From NCBI GenBank assembly GCA_002839825.1, contig PGYU01000007.1:27165-91164 (forward strand): a stretch of 64,000 nt of DNA, in the 5' to 3' direction. The position numbers and the translations under genes were made by a program. This DNA comes from Ignavibacteriae bacterium HGW-Ignavibacteriae-1. Lineage in GTDB: Bacteria; Bacteroidota; Ignavibacteria; Kapaibacteriales; UBA2268. A model generated the notes under the pieces. That model saw only the letters and a program-made list of their open reading frames with translations, had not been told where the DNA came from and made no database searches. Of this stretch, positions 59,475 through 64,000 are shown piece after piece (position 1 is the stretch's first letter; each line of letters begins with the position of its first letter).

Positions 59475-60692
59475 TTACTGCCTCGGTACCATGCGAATGT
59501 TTTGTCCCCAGCGATTTTGTTCTTCCATTCGGCATGACCATACGAGCTCGTCGTTCCAAACTGTTATGTCGGGGCATCCGTCGCACATGTTGATTCGTCC
59601 GTCCTTGTGAATGTCGGCGGGTTGGATTATCATCACTGATTGAAAATGTAGTCGCGAGAAGAATGCACGCGGATTTGCAATGATGGAGCGGAAATAATTT
59701 TTAGCCACTTCGCGAATGCCTTTGTCAAAGGGCATTAACAAGAAATAGAGTCGTCCCATTTTCAAAAGTGAAGGGTTTGAATATGCCAAATAGCTGCCTG
59801 TGAATAGGTGCTTGAAAGTTTGGACAATTTCCATGAATTTTGGTCCGATATGCCCGAAAACTTGATGCTTATTGCCCATCCTTCCGGTGAAAAGCCATTT
59901 GTAGCTGTCAACTTTTTCGGTACCGTTCAAAAATGCCGAGGGAGTAAAATTCGGGTCATATTGTCTGATGATTTCGACAAGCTCGGGCGACGTAATGTCG
60001 GTACGGCGATTATCATCATTTTTCGAATACATCATTTCGTCGAATTCCACTTTTTCTGCGCCTACATAAAAATCGAAATCTTTGCCCAATATTGCCATTC
60101 TATAAAGTATGAAGACCATCACGTGGATTTTATCTATGTGTTGTTGCGCAAATTTCATCAAATCCGGCACATATTGAATGTTGTCGGGATAAATCGTAGC
60201 ATTGAATGAGCAAGATAGCCCGCCCACTTCGGCTATCATATTGGCATAAGTAAGTCGCAATTCGTTCAGTTCAATTTCGTTTTTGCCAGTCCATCCCTGA
60301 CGTTTTTGACCGCTATCAACATGGAAAGTGAATCCTTCGCAACCAGCTTTCTTCAACTCTTTCAGCATTTCAATTGTCAGCAAAGCGCCGTTTGAATTGA
60401 TAATCGGTTTCCAGCCGCGTTTGCGAACCATTCGGACGATTTCGACAATATCGGGGTGAGTAAGCGGCTCGCCGCCCGCGACTGAAACGCCATCGGTTTT
60501 GCGGTAACGTTCGAGCACATCGAGCTCGTGATTAATCTCTTCGAGAGTTTTGTGTGAGTTGTTGCGGTTTTCGCGGTAACATCCGTCGCAGTATAAGTTG
60601 CATTTGCTGGTCGGTTCGAGCCACGAAATTGAATTATCGGCAAAGTTCCAAGGGAGCCTGTAGAGATTTGTGGGAGAAAAGACTGTGTTCAT
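59475..60692 (-). CDS. Radical SAM protein
   Basis: CNLYCDGC, GGEPL, NSNG; C-terminal CDGC..C. Confidence 0.9.
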   Translation of the reverse strand: MNTVFSPTNLYRLPWNFADNSISWLEPTSKCNLYCDGCYRENRNNSHKTLEEINHELDVLERYRKTDGVSVAGGEPLTHPDIVEIVRMVRKRGWKPIINSNGALLTIEMLKELKKAGCEGFTFHVDSGQKRQGWTGKNEIELNELRLTYANMIAEVGGLSCSFNATIYPDNIQYVPDLMKFAQQHIDKIHVMVFILYRMAILGKDFDFYVGAEKVEFDEMMYSKNDDNRRTDITSPELVEIIRQYDPNFTPSAFLNGTEKVDSYKWLFTGRMGNKHQVFGHIGPKFMEIVQTFKHLFTGSYLAYSNPSLLKMGRLYFLLMPFDKGIREVAKNYFRSIIANPRAFFSRLHFQSVMIIQPADIHKDGRINMCDGCPDITVWNDELVWSCRMEEQNRWGQNIRMVPRQ

Positions 60693-60859
60693 TGCTTATC
60701 TCAATTTTATATTTTTAAAAAACACTTTTTTTACGAACTTAAAAATAAGAAAAAATCTCAAAGTGAAAAAATTTGGGGAGAGAAAAGGAAGAGTAGGGAC
60801 ACAGCGTCATGAATAAAACCATGGGCTATGATTTATCTGTGGAATGGTTTCCCTAAAAC

Positions 60860-60888
60860 AAAAAAAGAGGGCTTTGATGCCCTCTTTC
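60860..60888 (-). terminator. Terminator after tRNA-Phe
   Basis: AAAGAGGGC..GCCCTCTTT hairpin with an A-run on the + strand. Confidence 0.7.
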
Positions 60889-60899
60889 AGTGTGAATCG

Positions 60900-60972
60900 T
60901 GGTCAGAGAGGGAGTTGAACCCCCGACACGTGGATTTTCAGTCCACTGCTCTACCAACTGAGCTACCTGACC
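60900..60972 (-). tRNA. tRNA-Phe(GAA)
   Basis: GGTCAGGTAGCTCAGTTGGTAGAGCAGTGGACTGAAAATCCAC...GGTTCAACTCCCTCTCTGACCA. Confidence 0.95.
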
Positions 60973-61053
60973 AAAATACAAGAATACAAAAGTAGTAATT
61001 TGAATTGAAATCACCAAATTTGTTCTGAAAATAGTGCTGAATTTTTTGTTGAA

Positions 61054-62202
61054 TTATACTTTTATATGCAAAATTTCCAATTTTTTGGATTCTGCCATTA
61101 CGAAAAGTATGATGTTTAGCTCGTCGCTGCTTGTTTCGGATAGAGTGATTTTCGTGGTTCTGTCTTTGTATGGCATCAGCGATGACTCGAGTAATGCGGT
61201 GTTCACGGGTTGTCCGCCTGTGGCTCCGGCAATTCCGTTGTCGAAAAGCACTATTTTGAGCGGGATATCGCGGTTGATTGCCTCTTGCAAGCCGATTATG
61301 CCGCATGATAAAAAGGCGAAATCACCGAGCACTGCCCACGCTTTGGTATGCCCGGCAAGGTAGGCTCCGATTGCGGTTGGGATGCTTCCGCCCATGTGGA
61401 GCGTGATGTCTATGCACGAATACGGTTCCAGTGCGAACAATGTTGGCAGGCTTGTGTCGCCGATTGTGACATCGCGTTTGATTGTCTTGAAAATCTCGAA
61501 AAATGGGATGTAGTCCTTTGTGACTCTTTGCCATTCGGGTGGCAATTGGGCTATTTGCGGCAATGTTGGCTTTGGGATGTCATCATGCGGCAGCGATGCA
61601 ATGCGGCGTTGCAGGACTTGGTATTGGTAATCTGCGAGTATCGGTGTGACCAGGTTTTTGTATATGTTGCGGCTATAGGGTTTGGTGCACGGCTTGTGTG
61701 TCATTTCGATATATTCGACATCGCTCTCAATATCGGCTGCATCAATCACTATAACGCAGGGCAGTCCGCTATTTTCGGATTTTTCGGTAGATTCTAACAA
61801 TGATTGCTGAATGTTTGCGGGCGTTGCGATGACTGTCTGAAGATTTGCACCTTTGACGATTGGCACTATATCAAAAATATTATCGGAATGAGTTCCGGTC
61901 TTGTCATCGAAAATGATAAATAGGAGTGAAGCGTTGACTCCGGACGTCATCACATCAATTATGCAGTTCATAGATTTGAGCAAACCGTGAGTTTTGATAA
62001 TGACTGCTGCTCTTGTTCCGGTGATTGCCACTCCTGCTGCCACTGCCGAAGCAATTTCCTCGTGATAACTGATTGTTAGTTGATTGCCAAATTTTTCGTT
62101 CAAGAGCTCAAATGTCTGATTAGCGCCATATCCCGGAACATATGTAATGACTCGGTAATCCAAATTGTACAAAGTTTCGGCGATTATTTTGGCTGTTGTC
62201 AT
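61054..62202 (-). CDS. Compact TPP-dependent enzyme (PYR + PP domains; IorA / phosphonopyruvate decarboxylase-like)
   Basis: YVPG, HEE..A, KTHGL, HMGGS, GDFAF..DNG..ATGGQ. Confidence 0.75.
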   Translation of the reverse strand: MTTAKIIAETLYNLDYRVITYVPGYGANQTFELLNEKFGNQLTISYHEEIASAVAAGVAITGTRAAVIIKTHGLLKSMNCIIDVMTSGVNASLLFIIFDDKTGTHSDNIFDIVPIVKGANLQTVIATPANIQQSLLESTEKSENSGLPCVIVIDAADIESDVEYIEMTHKPCTKPYSRNIYKNLVTPILADYQYQVLQRRIASLPHDDIPKPTLPQIAQLPPEWQRVTKDYIPFFEIFKTIKRDVTIGDTSLPTLFALEPYSCIDITLHMGGSIPTAIGAYLAGHTKAWAVLGDFAFLSCGIIGLQEAINRDIPLKIVLFDNGIAGATGGQPVNTALLESSLMPYKDRTTKITLSETSSDELNIILFVMAESKKLEILHIKV

Positions 62203-62203
62203 T

Positions 62204-62917
62204 TTATGTCCTGTGGTCGAGGTGTTGTTTCATCAAATCGAAAGTTTCATTCATCAAGGTGTTTATTCCGGCTTCTCGGATGTACTCAATGTCAAATTGC
62301 TTTACAAATGTGAGTGTAACAGTTTGTGGGTTGATTTCAAATTTTCCTTTGGGCATCACATCGGCTGTACCTTTAATTGCAAGTGTTACGATGGCTTTGC
62401 CGCTTTTGGTTGCCAGCAGGAAGGCACCTTTTTTAAATTGCCCCAATGTGCCGTCTTCGGAGCGAGTACCTTCGGGGAAGATAATCACTGAATCTCCGTC
62501 GCTAATTGATTGGACTGCATGGCGAAAGCTTTGCATGGCATTTTGTGGGTCTTCTCGTTTGACCGAAATAAAGGGTGAAATCTTCAGGCACCACCCGAAA
62601 ATCGGGATTTTCTCGAGCTCTTCCTTGTACATGATTCGCGCATTATCTTTCAGCGATGAGAGCAGAACGGGTATATCGTAAAGCGAAGTATGGTTGGAAA
62701 TATAAACTACGTTTGAAATTGGGTAATGCACTTCTTGAGTGTTTAATTTGACTTTTATGCCGGAAATATCGAGCAATAATTTAGACCAAATGGCTGCGAG
62801 ACGGTGAAAATGATGTTTGCCAAAGACGAGCATAAGCAAAGTTGTAGTCAATGCAAAGAAAATCGTAACAATTGCAATCAGAATTAATCGCGATATTGTA
62901 ACGATTTTTTTTACCAT
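62204..62917 (-). CDS. plsC: 1-acyl-sn-glycerol-3-phosphate acyltransferase
   Basis: NHTSLYD, FPEGTRS, FKKGAF. Confidence 0.9.
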   Translation of the reverse strand: MVKKIVTISRLILIAIVTIFFALTTTLLMLVFGKHHFHRLAAIWSKLLLDISGIKVKLNTQEVHYPISNVVYISNHTSLYDIPVLLSSLKDNARIMYKEELEKIPIFGWCLKISPFISVKREDPQNAMQSFRHAVQSISDGDSVIIFPEGTRSEDGTLGQFKKGAFLLATKSGKAIVTLAIKGTADVMPKGKFEINPQTVTLTFVKQFDIEYIREAGINTLMNETFDLMKQHLDHRT

Positions 62918-62935
62918 TCTTACCCAAACCTAATG

Positions 62936-63259
62936 CTAATTTTTACTCAATCCATTAGCACACATGACGTGACAAATCTTAAGAATTGTATAATCTCTGA
63001 TAGTATAGTATCTTAGCAAGCCCTGAGCGCGCGAATCTAAGAAACCGCAAGATTGGAGCACCTTGAGTTGCTTAGAAACATTTGCTTGTAATAGTCCTGT
63101 GGCACTGATAATATCGGTTACACATTTCTCGCCGGCAAATAAGCATCGTAAAATCTTGAGTCGCGATGGCTCAGATAAGGCTTTGAACACTTTCGATAAG
63201 TGCTCGATTTCAATATCGGTCAAGTCTGCTTGAGCAGTTTCTAATAAAGTTGCTTTCAT
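62936..63259 (-). CDS. ArsR/SmtB family regulator
   Basis: FKALSEPSRLKIL, CV.DI, QANVSKQLKVL. Confidence 0.92.
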   Translation of the reverse strand: MKATLLETAQADLTDIEIEHLSKVFKALSEPSRLKILRCLFAGEKCVTDIISATGLLQANVSKQLKVLQSCGFLDSRAQGLLRYYTIRDYTILKICHVMCANGLSKN

Positions 63260-63474
63260 ATCTTATACGCCTGTAACAATAAAAGTCAAATTTTGTCAAT
63301 TTATGTTTCAAATATACTAAAAAAAGGACAAATAGAGGGAGTAATAACAGTTTTAAAGGATATTTTATACTAAAAAAGTATAAAAATAATTCGTCATGCC
63401 TATAAAATAATTTTGGTTTATATCGTGTTAAATGTTTGGTAACTATAATTATGTAAAATTAATTTTGAAAAAAG

Positions 63475-63675
63475 ATGAATACCCATATACATACATGCGA
63501 TTCTTGTGGTGATGCAAAAGAAATCTATCTATTGCCAAACGAAAAGGCAGAAGATCTGGACGGTTGCGTTTGTTCACGAGATATTAAAAAAATCGGCAGA
63601 CATGACGAATCAAGTTTATTACGTATGATTGACCGCGATATCCGCCGTAAAGAAAGAAAAGAAAGCTCTCTATAA
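63475..63675 (+). CDS. Small Cys-rich hypothetical protein
   Basis: 66 aa, CDSC...CVC, own intergenic space. Confidence 0.5.
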   Translation: MNTHIHTCDSCGDAKEIYLLPNEKAEDLDGCVCSRDIKKIGRHDESSLLRMIDRDIRRKERKESSL

Positions 63676-63708
63676 TTTTGTAGCTTTTTCAATTATCATA
63701 AGTTTTAT

Positions 63709-64000
63709 CTAAAAGTCTTTGGCGTTTGGATAAAACTTTTCATTTGTTTTAGCCATTTTCGCTATAATTGGCGATGTTCTGTAACGATCTTCGTGATACA
63801 TTTCGTACAAATCACTAAGCCTTGAAGCTACAAAATCCAATCCTAATTCATCAGCCCATTTAAACAATCCTTTCGGATAATTTACGCCGTTAAGCATTGC
63901 CAAATCTATGTCTTCTTTGCTTGCGATATTATACATCAATGTGTCTGCGGCTTCGTTGATGAGCATCACAATAATCCTTTCAAAAATCATACTATCGAGT
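63709..64000 (-). CDS. 3-hydroxyacyl-CoA dehydrogenase C-terminal part (PaaH-like); 5' end outside the window
   Basis: LINEA..DIDLAM..GVNYPKG...WAD..EDRYR. Confidence 0.85.
   Translation of the reverse strand, partial: LDSMIFERIIVMLINEAADTLMYNIASKEDIDLAMLNGVNYPKGLFKWADELGLDFVASRLSDLYEMYHEDRYRTSPIIAKMAKTNEKFYPNAKDF

Overview
This is an AT-rich bacterial chromosomal window. T9SS-type C-terminal sorting domains (CTDs), a TTTG-N19-TAnnTTTG promoter and GGAG ribosome-binding sites suggest a Bacteroidota-Chlorobiota-group organism such as Kapabacteria/Ignavibacteria (inference). Housekeeping genes (queC, holA, nadB, mlaF-like ATPase, smpB, plsC, tRNA-Ser, tRNA-Phe) are interleaved with accessory blocks. 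Main observations: (1) two paralogous pairs of ECF sigma factor plus putative membrane-anchored anti-sigma that ends in a T9SS-type sorting domain, both preceded by a shared TG(A/C)A(A/C)C-N17/18-CACTTA motif; (2) three two-gene modules in which a secreted fibre or beta-helix protein is followed by a partner ending in a constant GWN-repeat domain, with one module bracketed by identical 31-bp palindromes and an orphan fragment of the domain elsewhere; (3) an 11-kb cluster with 52 c-heme motifs resembling Geobacter CbcL, CbcSTU, CbcA and a CbcB-ImcH fusion; (4) an apparently intact orphan phage large terminase; (5) a T10 frameshift in a HExxH/beta-propeller gene. No CRISPR array, integrase or transposase was seen.
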